This document shows positions 63,270-64,000 of a stretch of DNA of 64,000 nucleotides, piece by piece (within the stretch, counting starts at the first letter, position 1; the number at the start of each line of letters is the position of its first letter). The notes beneath the pieces were generated by a model. The model saw only the letters and a program-made list of their open reading frames with translations. It ran no database searches and was not told the DNA's origin. A program made the position numbers and the translations under genes. This DNA is from Octopus bimaculoides (taxonomy: Eukaryota), in assembly GCF_001194135.2 (NCBI RefSeq), contig NC_068995.1, positions 49,875,582 through 49,939,581 on the forward strand, read 5' to 3'.

Positions 63270-63401
63270 ATACAAGAACTGGAGACTGTTTTAGCTGAAG
63301 AATGGACAAAATTCCTTTGGAAACAATTCAAACTTTGTACGAGTTCATACCTCGTAGAATTCAAGCTGTAATTACTGCCATTATTTTGTCCAACCCCTGT
63401 A
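63270..63401 (+). mobile_element. Tc1 transposase C-terminus plus TIR ending in TA
   Basis: QELETVLAEEWTK(I)PLETIQTLYEFIPRRIQAVITA (with a frameshift) then ccattattttgtccaacccctgTA. Confidence 0.75.
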
Positions 63402-63414
63402 TATATATTTACGT

Positions 63415-63620
63415 GTGTATGTCTTTGTGCCTATGTTTGTGTCCACCCCCAACCATCGCTTGACAATCGATGTTGGTGTATTTACGTCCCCGTAACTTAG
63501 CGGTTCGGCAAAAGACACCGACAGAATAAGTCCTGGGATCGATTTCTTCGACTAAAAAACTCTGTAAGACAGTGCTCCAGCACGACCGCAGTCAAATGAC
63601 TGAAATAAGTAAAAGAATTA
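63415..63620 (+). mobile_element. major SINE tail module
   Basis: ccatcgcttgacaatcgatgttggtgtatttacgtccccgtaacttagcggttcggcaaaaga. Confidence 0.8.
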
Positions 63621-64000
63621 AAGAAAATACTCTGCAGATATTCGGAGATTTCCAGACGTATGTTCAGCCATACGATCGGTTCTCACTGAATAATCGAATC
63701 TGTTCGCCGATAGCTGCAGACAAGCTTTCTAAAGTAAGCTACAAGGTTTCAACCCAAACTGGGTTAGTATTTTAACGTGGTTTTGTATTATATCACCTGT
63801 ATCATACACATACGTGTTATACATGTAATTATTAAATTATCTAAATTTTCAATAATATATATATATATATATACACGCGTGCTCACACACACACAGCCTC
63901 TGTCACCCAGGGTTGACGATAAATTTCCAGTTGCTCATATCTTTAAAAACAAGTAACACTTCTGAACGTTTTCACCACCTCCATAAACTAGTTTCGTGTG

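Noticed and set aside
62722-64000. First coding exon of the SDR gene
   Set aside because: No M...K(V/T)xxIT-G|gt exon found on the minus strand; presumed to lie outside the window.

Overview
This is AT-rich, microsatellite- and SINE-saturated animal genomic DNA with 11 N-gaps. The repeat families look like those of octopod cephalopods; that assignment is inference, not a search result. Host coding content: (1) a minus-strand classical short-chain dehydrogenase/reductase with 8 exons resolved at 62721-57261 and the first exon beyond the window; (2) an uninterrupted ~358-codon plus-strand ORF (22094-23170) with a PAM2-like motif and a low-complexity tail; (3) a plus-strand exon encoding a divergent Q50 homeodomain (38895-39481); (4) an orphan plus-strand terminal exon (55300-55518). 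The rest is retroelement and transposon debris: RTE, Tx1/L1-like and R4/Dong-like LINEs, mariner/Tc1 fragments, several tRNA-derived SINE families and fold-back MITEs. The most striking unannotated signal is a set of seven minimal type-I hammerhead-ribozyme motifs (plus two weaker partial ones) from several sequence families. In the copies where stem III is intact it is a self-complementary palindrome with a different sequence each time, as in the dimeric hammerheads of Penelope-like elements and retrozymes. Every copy carries about one lesion, and two lie sense-oriented in SDR introns. Also notable: long dsRNA-forming hairpins in a putative 3'UTR and an SDR intron, an RLE-LINE with twin-priming-like inversion geometry, a (CCCTAA)n-(TTAGGG)n palindrome, and a 2x2 head/tail SINE mosaic.
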